From Actinomycetota bacterium (lineage in GTDB: Bacteria; Actinomycetota; Thermoleophilia; Solirubrobacterales; 70-9), in assembly GCA_018268655.1 (NCBI GenBank), contig JAFDWC010000002.1, positions 2,022 through 66,021 on the forward strand: DNA of 64,000 nt, given 5' to 3'. Within the stretch, counting starts at the first letter, position 1; each line of letters begins with the position of its first letter. Of this stretch, positions 36,009 to 45,270 are shown one piece after another. The notes under the pieces are model-generated. The model was not told the DNA's origin, ran no database searches, and saw only the letters and a program-made list of their open reading frames with translations. The position numbers and the translations under genes were made by a program.

Positions 36009-36275
36009 TCAGCGGTCGTAAGCGCGGCCTCGCGGCAGCACTCGCAGAACCGTGATCTCGCGGCTGGTCGGGTCGCGGTCAAGCCGGACCCGCCACTCGC
36101 CGACTCGGAGCCGATACTCATCCGAGGCGCTCAGCTTCCGAAGGTCGCTGCGCGGGTCATTCGCGGCGAGCCCGTCAATCGCGAGGATCACGCGCTTCGC
36201 GACCTGGCGATCTAGGCGCCGAAGATCACGCCGCGCCCGGGACGTGTAGAGAACTCGCCAGGGAGCGTCGCTCAC
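36009..36275 (-). CDS. type II toxin, RelE/ParE family
   Basis: 88 aa. YTSRARRDLRRLDRQVAKRVILAIDGLA ... YRLRVGEWRVRLDRD ... ITVLRVLPRGRAY is a typical RelE/ParE fold pattern. Confidence 0.8.
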   Translation of the reverse strand: MSDAPWRVLYTSRARRDLRRLDRQVAKRVILAIDGLAANDPRSDLRKLSASDEYRLRVGEWRVRLDRDPTSREITVLRVLPRGRAYDR

Positions 36276-36520
36276 TCGACGCCGAACTCGCGCTTGATCT
36301 CGTCCTGCGAGACACGCGGAGCGCCTGCCGCCACTTCGTCGCGAGCTTCTTGCACCGCTGCCTCCTCCTCGGGCGAGATCTCCTCGTCATCAAGAGGCGC
36401 GTCGTCTAGGCGCCGGATCATCGGATCGTCGGCACGTCCCTCGATTGCCTGGAGGGCAGCGTCCAGCTCCTCCTCCGGAAGCTCGTCCACGATGCGGTGC
36501 AATCTTTCGCGCGTCGTCAT
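36272..36520 (-). CDS. type II antitoxin (acidic, partner of RelE/ParE)
   Basis: 82 aa and highly acidic. Its stop overlaps the toxin ATG by 4 bp. Confidence 0.65.
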   Translation of the reverse strand: MTTRERLHRIVDELPEEELDAALQAIEGRADDPMIRRLDDAPLDDEEISPEEEAAVQEARDEVAAGAPRVSQDEIKREFGVE

Positions 36521-37050
36521 CGGTCCGATGGTAGCGGCGACAGGATGGTGGATCGAATGTCGATGCTCGACACAGACTCACTCGCTGGCGCTTCCACCCT
36601 CGCAACCCTCGTTGGCATCGGCCGCCCTTGGGCAGCCTCAAGGCGATGATCTACCGCGACGAAGTGCCGCGGCCGCTTCACCGATTTGCAAAATGAGGTC
36701 GCCGCGCGGAGAGGGATATGTGCGGGATATGTGTGGTGGTATCGGATTGCCTTCTCTCCCACCCTCTAAACGGCTCCCGGCGCGTTCTGCGAACTGCTGC
36801 GTCTAGAAGGTCCGAATGGCCGTCCGGCTCGGGCGGGCGCATCCTTGACCATCGGCGCCTGGTCAGACAGGGGGGCTCCGAAATGCCTTCACCTCCCTTC
36901 TCGCGGTGACCGTTGGGAGGACCGGAAAGCCCATCTCAAGGCCTTCGCGGGGAACCGTCCGCGACCTCACCTTGCCCCACGGCCCTTTCGAGCCTCCCGA
37001 GAGAACCGGCAGACCCCACAACTCCGCACTCCCAAGCGGAAAACAACCAA

Positions 37051-37097
37051 CGCGCCAGACAGGATTCGAACCTGTGACCTTCGGTTTCGTAGTCCGG
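37051..37097 (-). repeat. copy C of the tRNA-Arg 3' half (45/47 identical); candidate att site
   Basis: CGCGCCAGACAGGATTCGAACCTGTGACCTTCGGTTTCGTAGTCCGG versus 58562-58608. The flanking about 95 bp is about 80% identical to the copy B flank. Confidence 0.75.
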
Positions 37098-37238
37098 CTA
37101 CGGGGTGCGGCTGGGATGCGTGGAGCACGGTCTAGAGCGGTTTGAGCCGAGTCGAGATCTGCTGAGATCGGCTGGCATCTGCGGGGCACCTTGCCCCAGT
37201 TCTTGCCCCGGCGATCGCTCCTCGAACCGGGGTCGCCT

Positions 37239-37709
37239 TCACGGCTGCCGAAAGATCGGGCCTCGTTCGATCACCGGGTCGAGGATCCCGTTCATCAACT
37301 GCTCCGCGGACTCGTCGAAGCGGGCGAACCGGCGCTCTTGGCCTGGGTAGCCGATCGCCTGGCGGACCTCCGGGAGGATCAGGTAGGCGCCGGCTAGGAC
37401 CGAGGAGAGCACGTGAAAGGAGTCGGGGCTCGCCTCGGCAAGCTCCCTGAGCGTCGCCTCAATCCCGCGCGGGGAGGCGAGGATGGCACTGGCGTCGGCG
37501 ACCACCGCTTCGAAGGAGTCGATCCGGGCCAGCAGCGAACGGTCCAGGGCCTCGTGGAACCGAGCCGATTCGCTCGGCCTCTGCAGCGAGGGATGGGTAC
37601 CCACGAGGACGTCCGCCGTCGCAGCGAGGGCCCGTCGCTCGCTGGGCGAAAGCTCGCGCGGCAGACACCTTGGGAGCTCGGGGACAGAGAGGCGAGAGGA
37701 GGAGTCCAT
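37239..37709 (-). CDS. gluconate 2-dehydrogenase subunit-3-like small subunit of a GMC oxidoreductase
   Basis: 156 aa. Positioned 4 nt downstream of a GMC flavoprotein gene, the usual arrangement. Family call rests on size, context and overall pattern. Confidence 0.55.
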   Translation of the reverse strand: MDSSSRLSVPELPRCLPRELSPSERRALAATADVLVGTHPSLQRPSESARFHEALDRSLLARIDSFEAVVADASAILASPRGIEATLRELAEASPDSFHVLSSVLAGAYLILPEVRQAIGYPGQERRFARFDESAEQLMNGILDPVIERGPIFRQP

Positions 37710-37713
37710 GGCG

Positions 37714-39327
37714 TCAGCTCGGAATCGGCTGGCGGTCGGCGGTCTCGGCGATGTGCGTGCCGACTCGCAGGGCGATCGCGGCGATCGTGCAGGTCGGGTT
37801 CACCGATCCGCCCGTCACGAACACCGACCCGTCGGCGATGAAAAGGTTGGGAACGTCGTGCGAGCGCCCGAATGAGTCGACGACCGAGCTGGCGGGATCG
37901 TCCCCCATCCGCGCCGTTCCGAGCAGGTGGCCCGGCTGGTCCTCGTCCAGCTCGACGGCGAAGGTCTCGGCGGCGCCCGCGACCCGGTGCAGCTCCTCCA
38001 TCCGCTCGACGGCGAAGCGGAGGATCTTCCAATTGTCCTCGCTGATCTGGTACTCGACCTTCGGCGCCGAGACGCCGAGGTCGTCCGTGAGGTCTGGGTC
38101 GAGGACGATCCGGTTCGACTCTTCAGGCAGGTCCTCGGTGTTCGCCGCCCACAGCATGCTGCCGGCGTGCCGCGCGGCGACCCCGTGGAACGAATCCCCC
38201 CAGACCGCGTCGAACGGCAACTCCCTGTGCACGTTGATCGTGGTCAGCGGTCCAGGGATCGGAACCAGGTGCAGCTTGCAGCCGCGGGGAAAGTCGTGCT
38301 CGGGCCGGGTCTCGTAGAACTCCATCGAATGGATCAGCTGGCCGGCGGGCCCGAGCCAGCTCTCCATCGCGTCGTCGTAGTAGCCGGTGACGAGGCAGTT
38401 CGGGTGCAGCATCAGGTTGCGCCCGACCAGGCCCGACGAGTTGGCCAGCCCGTCGGGATGGGCTTCGCCGCCGGAGAGCAGAAGGAGCCGAGGGGTTCCG
38501 ATTCCGTTCGCGCAGAGGACGACCACGCGGGCCCGTTGATGGTGCTCGACGCCATCTCGATCGAGCCAGATCGCGCCGTCGGCAAGGCCACCGGGCTCCG
38601 TCGTCACCTCCCGGACCCTGGCACCGTGGATCAGCTTCGCCCCGGCCTGCAGTGCCTGCGGCATGTAGATCAGGTCGAATGAGGACTTGGCCCCCTCCGG
38701 GCAGCCCCACTCGCAGGTGCCGCGGCGGGCGCAGGGCTCGAGAGTCTTCGTCTTGTTGACCGCGATCGCGTTCGCCCCGGGCCACCAGTGCCAACCGAGC
38801 TCGTTGGCGGCGGCGGCTCCCCTCAACCCGGTTGGGCCCGGCGGGTGCGGCGGCCGCGGGTAGGTCAACCCCTCCGGGTAGGCGGGATCACCCTCGAGGC
38901 CCGAAGCACCGATGAACTTGTCGACCTCGTCGTGATAGGGCTTCAGATCGTCGTAGGAGATCGGCCAGTCGTCGCAGATCCCGTCGAGGCTTCTGAGGCG
39001 GAAGTCGGAGGGCAGCAGGCGCAGCCAGTGGGCTCCGTAGAAGAGGCTCGCGCCGCCGACCGCGCTGAACATGACCGGCGTCAGGTCCGAAGCGGAGACG
39101 TCGAGCGGGTAGTCGGCGGGGAGCTTGCGCTGGTTCGGATCGTGAGCCCAGGCGTGTTCGCACAGAAGCTCCCACTCCGGCTGGTTTGCCGGGAAGTCGC
39201 TCGGGTTCACCCAGTCGCCCTGCTCGAGGCAGACGACGTCGAACCCGCGGCTGGCTAGGGTATGGGTGACGATGGCTCCAGATGGCCCGGAGCCGATAAC
39301 CAGAACGTCACAGCGCTCGCTCGGCAT
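37714..39327 (-). CDS. GMC family FAD-dependent oxidoreductase
   Basis: From the ATG at 39327: CDVLVIGSGPSGAIVTHTLASRGFDVVCLEQG is an FAD GxGxxG fold. C-terminal GMC signature HLLGTARMG...NLFIADGSVF. Confidence 0.85.
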   Translation of the reverse strand: MPSERCDVLVIGSGPSGAIVTHTLASRGFDVVCLEQGDWVNPSDFPANQPEWELLCEHAWAHDPNQRKLPADYPLDVSASDLTPVMFSAVGGASLFYGAHWLRLLPSDFRLRSLDGICDDWPISYDDLKPYHDEVDKFIGASGLEGDPAYPEGLTYPRPPHPPGPTGLRGAAAANELGWHWWPGANAIAVNKTKTLEPCARRGTCEWGCPEGAKSSFDLIYMPQALQAGAKLIHGARVREVTTEPGGLADGAIWLDRDGVEHHQRARVVVLCANGIGTPRLLLLSGGEAHPDGLANSSGLVGRNLMLHPNCLVTGYYDDAMESWLGPAGQLIHSMEFYETRPEHDFPRGCKLHLVPIPGPLTTINVHRELPFDAVWGDSFHGVAARHAGSMLWAANTEDLPEESNRIVLDPDLTDDLGVSAPKVEYQISEDNWKILRFAVERMEELHRVAGAAETFAVELDEDQPGHLLGTARMGDDPASSVVDSFGRSHDVPNLFIADGSVFVTGGSVNPTCTIAAIALRVGTHIAETADRQPIPS

Positions 39328-39341
39328 GGCGGAGTACAGGG

Positions 39342-40796
39342 TCAGGCGATGTTGCTGATTACAGACTTGATCTGGGTGTAGTCCTCGAGCGAGTAGACCG
39401 AGAAGTCCTTGCCGTAACCGGACTCCTTGAAGCCGCCGGCAGGGACCTCGGTCGGAAGCGCGAGGTGGTCGTTGATCCAGACGACGCCGTATTTGAGCCG
39501 GCGCGCCATCCGCATCGCCCGCCCGTGGTCGGCCGTCCAAACCGACGCGGCCAGCCCGTAGCGGACGTCGTTGGCCCAACGCAGCGCCTGCTCTTCGTCC
39601 TCGAACCGCTGAACCGTGACCACGGGACCAAAGACCTCGCGCTGGACGATCTCCGAATCCTGCTCGACTCCGGTGACGACGGTGGGCTGGACGAAGTAGC
39701 CGTCCCCGGCACCGCCCTCGCCTCCGGTGAGGAATTGGGCGCCGTTGGCGCGGGCACGCTCGAGGAATCCGAGCACCCGCTCGTGCTGGCGCCGGGAGAC
39801 GACGGGCCCCATCTCGATCTCCTCACCGTCGGCCGGGTCTCCGACCGTGATCTGCTCGACCTCGGCGACCAGCGCCTCGAGCAGCTCCTCGTAGATTCCG
39901 GGCCCGGCGACGATCCGGCTGGCGGCCTGGCACTCCTGTCCGGAATTGAGATAGCCGGCGAAGCGGATGCCGCGCGCCACCGCCTCGACGTCGGCGTCGT
40001 CGAAGACGACGACTGGGGACTTGCCGCCGAGCTCGAGGTGCACGCGCTTCAGCGTCTGCGCGGCTTCCGCGGCGACGATCTTGCCGGTGCCGACGTCACC
40101 GACGAGCGAGACCATCCCTACGTCCGGATGCCGAACGAGCGCCCCACCGACCTCCTCGCCGCGGCCCGTGATCACGTTGAAGACGCCCGCGGGGAATAGA
40201 TCTTCGGTCAGCTCCGCCAAGCGCAGCGCCGTCAGCGGGGTCTCCTCCGACGGCTTGACGATGAGCGCGTTGCCCGCCGCCAGCGCCGGGCCGGCGCCGA
40301 GCAGGGTGATGAACAGCGGGAAGTTCCAGGGGACGATCCGGGCGACGACGCCGATCGGCTCCCGCCGCACCATCGAGGTGTGGTCGCGCAGAAACTCGCC
40401 GGCGGGAAGGGCCGTCGCCGTCCGCGCCGCTCCGGCGAAGAACCGGACCATGTCGACCGCGCCGGCGCCGATCTCCTCACGCGCCATGCCCAGTGGCTTG
40501 CCGACGTTGGCGGACTCGAGGCGCACCAGCTCCGCGGCGTTCTGCTCGATCCGGTTCGCCAGCTCGAGCAGCAGCAACGAGCGCTCGGCCGGGGTGGTGT
40601 CGAACCATTCCTCGAACCCCGCGCTCGCCGCCGCGACCGCCGCATCGACGTCGACGGCGGTCGATTCGGCGACCTCGGCGATCGGTTCGGCGGTGGCCGG
40701 GTTGAAGACCTCCATCCTGGCGCCGTCGGCCGGATCTCGCCACTCGCCGCCGATGAAGTTCTGCGCTCGTAGGTGGGTGCCGATGGTGCTGCTCAT
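39342..40796 (-). CDS. NAD(P)+-dependent aldehyde dehydrogenase
   Basis: [19 protein letters not shown], and [13 protein letters not shown] with the catalytic Cys. Confidence 0.9.
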   Translation of the reverse strand: MSSTIGTHLRAQNFIGGEWRDPADGARMEVFNPATAEPIAEVAESTAVDVDAAVAAASAGFEEWFDTTPAERSLLLLELANRIEQNAAELVRLESANVGKPLGMAREEIGAGAVDMVRFFAGAARTATALPAGEFLRDHTSMVRREPIGVVARIVPWNFPLFITLLGAGPALAAGNALIVKPSEETPLTALRLAELTEDLFPAGVFNVITGRGEEVGGALVRHPDVGMVSLVGDVGTGKIVAAEAAQTLKRVHLELGGKSPVVVFDDADVEAVARGIRFAGYLNSGQECQAASRIVAGPGIYEELLEALVAEVEQITVGDPADGEEIEMGPVVSRRQHERVLGFLERARANGAQFLTGGEGGAGDGYFVQPTVVTGVEQDSEIVQREVFGPVVTVQRFEDEEQALRWANDVRYGLAASVWTADHGRAMRMARRLKYGVVWINDHLALPTEVPAGGFKESGYGKDFSVYSLEDYTQIKSVISNIA

Positions 40797-40821
40797 GGAA
40801 GCCTCCTGGTTCGTTCTCGGT

Positions 40822-41796
40822 TCAGCCGGCGGTCAACTGGTACTTGCGCACCTCGCCGGCGCCGAGCTCGCAGATCGCACCCTGCAAGGTCGCCTCGGCG
40901 TAGATGCTCCCGGGGTTGATCGCCAGGGTGCGACCGATCGAGACGGCGCCGCGGGACTCGTGGATGTGACCGTGCAGGGACAGCAGGGGCTGGTACTCCT
41001 CGATCGCTTCGCGCACGGCGGTGCTCCCGACGGGGACGGACGTAACCCCCGCGTTCCTTACCGAGAAGTCGTCGGTCAGCTCCGGCGCCGAGTCGAGGCC
41101 GCTGTCGTAGGGAGGAACGTGGATGTTGAAGACGGCGTTGCTCATGTCATCGATCTCCCCGGCGAGCCGCTGGATCTTCTCCGCCAGCTCCTCCTCGGAG
41201 CATTCGCGCGGGGTGTCCCATGGCGTCGGGTTCGACCAGCCGACGCTGAGCATCTGGTGGCGCTCGCTCAACGCCGTCACCTTGCCCTCGTCGGCCTCGA
41301 TATAGGGAGCCTCGGCGAGGACCTCGTCGACGACGAACTCGTCGTCGTTGCCTGGGGTGACGATCAGTCGCACCCCCGTGCTCTCCAGGCGCTCGGCTCC
41401 CAGCCGCATCCAGTCGCCGACCGTGTCGGCCATCGTCTGACTGAACCGTTCGGCGATCCGCTCCGGTTCCCGCTCCCACCGCTCGACCTCGTCCTCGCCG
41501 ACCAGAACCGGATAGGAGCCAGAGTTCTTCACCTCCTTCTCCAGCTCTTCAACCGCCCTCGAGTCGACGTAGGTCTTCTCCTCACCGCTCCACCGGCACG
41601 TCCACGAGTCGCCTCGCTGCACGATTGGGACCAGCGTCTTGCCGGTGCAGTCGCCGCCCATGATCAGGATGCTCGCTCCATAGGCACGGGCGGCCGACAG
41701 AAGCTTGCGATAGCAAACCTCGGAACCGTGGAGGTCGGTGGCGAAGAAGAGCGAGACCCTGGAACCATCCTCCTCCTCCCGTCGCTTTCTGAACAT
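40822..41796 (-). CDS. metallophosphoesterase
   Basis: [32 protein letters not shown] are the calcineurin-like phosphoesterase motif series. Confidence 0.75.
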   Translation of the reverse strand: MFRKRREEEDGSRVSLFFATDLHGSEVCYRKLLSAARAYGASILIMGGDCTGKTLVPIVQRGDSWTCRWSGEEKTYVDSRAVEELEKEVKNSGSYPVLVGEDEVERWEREPERIAERFSQTMADTVGDWMRLGAERLESTGVRLIVTPGNDDEFVVDEVLAEAPYIEADEGKVTALSERHQMLSVGWSNPTPWDTPRECSEEELAEKIQRLAGEIDDMSNAVFNIHVPPYDSGLDSAPELTDDFSVRNAGVTSVPVGSTAVREAIEEYQPLLSLHGHIHESRGAVSIGRTLAINPGSIYAEATLQGAICELGAGEVRKYQLTAG

Positions 41797-41811
41797 CTCT
41801 CTTCCCTCTCT

Positions 41812-43449
41812 CTACTCGACCGGAAGCTCGGAGTAGGCAGCCGAGATGTCGATGTGGTCATGGAACCGTCGGTACAGCCGGGCGGTGATGTAAACGAGCG
41901 CTGAGAACCCGAACAGGACGCCGAGGAAGATCAGCCCGTTCGAGCCGTTGACCCCGAGCTCATCGTGCGTCAAGGCCATGACGTCGACGAATATCACGAA
42001 GGCGACAAAGATCGCACCCGCGATGGTGATCACCGGCACACGGCCAATCCGGTGATCGGCCGCGCCGCCCTTGAACAGCAGTGGCCGCCGGAACGGGAAC
42101 ACGGCGCCGGCGAGGATCGTCACTCCGATCGCCGTGATGTTCATGATGAAGTAGCTGATCGTGTAGGACGCGAAGTTCGACCAGAAGGCGAAGGCGATCG
42201 AAGCCGGGATGGTGAGCAGCGTGTAGACCCCGATCGCGAACACCGGCGTGTGCGTGCGAGGGTTCACTTTCGCAAACGCCGATGGAAGGATCCGGTCCTG
42301 CGCCATGACCAGCGCGGCGCGGGTCGCCCCGAGGGCGCCGTTGGAGAAGATCGTCAGGCCCCAGGCGAAGAACATCACGAACCCGATCCAGACGAAGATC
42401 GCCGCCTTGCCGGCCACCGCGAACAGGAAGCCGAGGAACGGGGGGACCGGCAGTGGGTTGTTTTCGGCCCCGCTGAGGAACAGGTTTCCGCTCGCGTACA
42501 GGAAGTGCTGGCCGACCGTGTGGGTGATCAGGACGGCGATCAGCGCCAACAGACCGAAGGTGAAGACCTCGGCGCCGACCATCGCGTTGAGGTTGCGGCG
42601 GACGCTTTTGGCCTGCCTCACCTCGCCAGCCTGCATCGCGCTCCAGGCAGGGTAGATGAGGACGTAGGAGGCGATGATCGCGGCCAGTAGCGTCTGCCAG
42701 AGCGAGAAGCTCGTGTCGGTGCTGCCGCCGCTGCTCAGGGTTACCTGGTAGGCGTTTTCGGTCCCGAAGCTTGACATGAAGCTGTTGTAGTGGCTGACGA
42801 AGGTGTCGTGGGAGGTGAACAGCGTCGTAACCAGCAGGACCAGCAGACAGGCGCCCCCGACCCAGAAGCAGATCCGCTGGATCAGGGCGTACCACTTGAG
42901 GCCCTTGATGTTGATCGCGGCGGCGAAAGCGGTGCAGAAGAGGCAGGAAAAGAAGATGCCCCACTTGCCGGCGAACCAGGTGCCGACTTCGATCATCCAG
43001 TTCGCGTGGTAGATGCCACCGAGCAGAGCGAGGAATGGAGACATGATCACGGTCGCGAAGACGAACCCGTTGATGCCCATCGCGACCACCTGGGCGACGC
43101 AGGCGAAGGTGAAGGCGAACAGCGTCCCCACTGCGCCGCCGAAGACTCGGCTCTGGAATACGTAATCCCCTCCGGATCGCGGCATCGCCGCCGTGATCAG
43201 CGCATAGACGACAGCCTCGAGCGTGCAGAAGAAGCCACCGATCAGAAAGGCGAGCCACAGGCTCGCGCGCGGGTAGGTAACGGTGATGATCCCGAAGGTG
43301 AGCGCGCCGTTCACCACCAGGTTCATCGCGATGACGTTGTAGATCCACGCGTCGAGCTGGGAGAAATCCTTAACCAGTCCAGAGGATTTCCGGGCGTAGG
43401 TACCGCCGGAGCTTGCCGCGATCTGAGTCGATGCCGTGTTTGCCTCCAA
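41812..43449 (-). CDS. APC-family permease
   Basis: 12-TM-like. Start assigned to the TTG at 43449 because of an AAGGAG SD 9 nt upstream. The remaining 5' part of ORF 41812..43692 is not protein-like. Confidence 0.75.
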   Translation of the reverse strand: MEANTASTQIAASSGGTYARKSSGLVKDFSQLDAWIYNVIAMNLVVNGALTFGIITVTYPRASLWLAFLIGGFFCTLEAVVYALITAAMPRSGGDYVFQSRVFGGAVGTLFAFTFACVAQVVAMGINGFVFATVIMSPFLALLGGIYHANWMIEVGTWFAGKWGIFFSCLFCTAFAAAINIKGLKWYALIQRICFWVGGACLLVLLVTTLFTSHDTFVSHYNSFMSSFGTENAYQVTLSSGGSTDTSFSLWQTLLAAIIASYVLIYPAWSAMQAGEVRQAKSVRRNLNAMVGAEVFTFGLLALIAVLITHTVGQHFLYASGNLFLSGAENNPLPVPPFLGFLFAVAGKAAIFVWIGFVMFFAWGLTIFSNGALGATRAALVMAQDRILPSAFAKVNPRTHTPVFAIGVYTLLTIPASIAFAFWSNFASYTISYFIMNITAIGVTILAGAVFPFRRPLLFKGGAADHRIGRVPVITIAGAIFVAFVIFVDVMALTHDELGVNGSNGLIFLGVLFGFSALVYITARLYRRFHDHIDISAAYSELPVE

Positions 43450-43540
43450 GGCTCTTTGCTCCTTAGTGAGGTTGATTTCGGCGCGGAAGGGCCTCTCCGC
43501 AACACCTTCACTCGACCCTATGGCGGTCACCCACCAGCGC

Positions 43541-44497
43541 CTAGTCGCTCTTTCCTTCTCGATGGGAAGGAGGGTCCTCACCGTTGCCGGAGCGAGGAGG
43601 CTTGTTGTAGTTGGCAAGCTCGATTTCCGCCAGCCGCACCAGCTCCCGGGTCGCAGGCGAGAGCTGGGCGCCGCGCTGCTGGACGAAGGCAAAGGTCTCG
43701 AATAGCGGCGGATCGAACGGCACCGCGCTCAGCACCTGCGGAAATGAGTTCGACTGCGCGATCGTCTCCAGCACATATGTGCCTCCGAGCCCCTGCGCGG
43801 CGAGGGAGATCGCGGCATCGAGCGTCTCGACCTCGATCGCCCCCTCCAGCGGCACGCCGGCGTCGCGGGCACGCTCGGCAAGCTGGCGCCGGGTCGGATC
43901 ACGGCTCCCGAAGTGGGCGTCGTAGAAGATCAGCCGCTGGGTCGCCAGCCGCTCGACCGACATCGGCTCCGAGGAGCCGGACCCCTCGAGCTCGACGTAG
44001 AGGAGATCGTCGGTCATCACCGGCCGCACCTCGAGCGCCTCGTCGTCGATCGGCAGCGTGATCAACCCCGCTTCCAGCTCGCCCGAGCGAATCATTTCGA
44101 CGACTTCGGCGCTGTTCTGGCCGATCACGCGAACGCCGACATCGGGGTACTGCGCGACGAACCCGGTCACGACCTCCTGCACCAGGTAGCGATAGGCGAG
44201 GCTGAAGGTGCCGAGGGAAGCGGTGCCGCTCTCGATCCCGCGTACGCTCGAGACTTCGGCCACGGCCGATTTGACGCCGGCGAGGATTTCCCGGGCCCGC
44301 GGCTCCAATGCCTTGCCGGCCTCGGTCAGCGACAGCCGTCGCGGTCCGCGGATGAACAGTTTCGCCCCGAGCTCCTCCTCCAGCCGGCGCACCTGGGCAG
44401 CGAGGGAGGGCTGCGCGATATAGCAGGCGTCGGCGGCGCTGCTGAAGGTGCGGTGTTCGCAGGCCGCCAGGAAGTACTGCAATTGTTGGAGGGTCAT
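43541..44497 (-). CDS. LysR family transcriptional regulator
   Basis: MTLQQLQYFLAACEHRTFSSAADACYIAQPSLAAQVRRLEEELG is a LysR HTH. Confidence 0.85.
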   Translation of the reverse strand: MTLQQLQYFLAACEHRTFSSAADACYIAQPSLAAQVRRLEEELGAKLFIRGPRRLSLTEAGKALEPRAREILAGVKSAVAEVSSVRGIESGTASLGTFSLAYRYLVQEVVTGFVAQYPDVGVRVIGQNSAEVVEMIRSGELEAGLITLPIDDEALEVRPVMTDDLLYVELEGSGSSEPMSVERLATQRLIFYDAHFGSRDPTRRQLAERARDAGVPLEGAIEVETLDAAISLAAQGLGGTYVLETIAQSNSFPQVLSAVPFDPPLFETFAFVQQRGAQLSPATRELVRLAEIELANYNKPPRSGNGEDPPSHREGKSD

Positions 44498-44523
44498 TGG
44501 GGGCGCCCTGTATAGCAGTCGGC

Positions 44524-45270
44524 CTACTGCGCCAGATAGCCACCGTCGACCGGCAGGATCGAGCCGGTGATGAATGAGGCGGCGTCGGACGCGAGAAAGC
44601 AGATCGCCTCCGCCACCTCCCGCGGCTCACCGAGACGGCCCATCGGGTGAGCTTCCCGCATCGGGTCCGTGTACTCGTCGGGCAGCGCCGCCACCGCCTC
44701 GGTCCTGATCGTCCCCGGGGCCACCGCGTTGACGCGGATGTTCCGCGGTGCCACCTCGATCGCCAGGTGCTTGGTGATGCCGGACGCGACGAACTTGGCC
44801 GGCCCGTAGACGGCGTTTTCGGGCTGCCCGGCGATCCCGGAGATGGACGAGAGGCAGACGATCGAGCCGCCCTCCTCGCCCATCGCTTCGACCGCGTACT
44901 TGCAGGTCAGGAACATCCCGCGGCCGTCGATCGCCATCACCCGGTCCCATTCCTCCGGGGTGGTCTCTTCGATCTTGCCTAGGGGGATGATGCCGGCGTT
45001 GGCCACCAGCGAGTCGACGCCGCCGAAAGCTTCCACCGCAGCGGCGATGATCGTCCGCGCTTCCTCCGCATCGGAGACGTCGCCGAGGGCGGTGCGGACT
45101 TCGGTCCCGTCGGGGAGCGCGGCCGCCGCCGCCTCGAGCCCCGACGCGTCGACATCGTTGAGGACGAGGCGCGCGCCCTCGCGCGCGAAGACCTCTGCGC
45201 AGGCGCGTCCGATTCCCTTCGCGGCCCCGGTGATCACCACCGACTTGCCCTCCATCCGACCCGTGCTCAT
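44524..45270 (-). CDS. SDR family oxidoreductase
   Basis: From the ATG at 45270 (GGAGGG SD): VITGAAKGIGRA, ANAG, YGPAKFV. Confidence 0.85.
   Translation of the reverse strand: MSTGRMEGKSVVITGAAKGIGRACAEVFAREGARLVLNDVDASGLEAAAAALPDGTEVRTALGDVSDAEEARTIIAAAVEAFGGVDSLVANAGIIPLGKIEETTPEEWDRVMAIDGRGMFLTCKYAVEAMGEEGGSIVCLSSISGIAGQPENAVYGPAKFVASGITKHLAIEVAPRNIRVNAVAPGTIRTEAVAALPDEYTDPMREAHPMGRLGEPREVAEAICFLASDAASFITGSILPVDGGYLAQ

Noticed and set aside
36517-37189. ORFs in the non-coding spacer between the antitoxin gene and copy C (36517..36762, 36718..36909, 36845..37135, 36863..37189)
   Set aside because: They have no SD sequences, their composition is not protein-like, and several read straight through the tRNA-derived fragment. 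They are treated as non-coding.
35964-37209. The repeated 35-mers and CTTGCCCCA units as a CRISPR-like array
   Set aside because: There are only two long copies, separated by 1.2 kb containing genes. The repeats are not regularly spaced and there are no cas genes.
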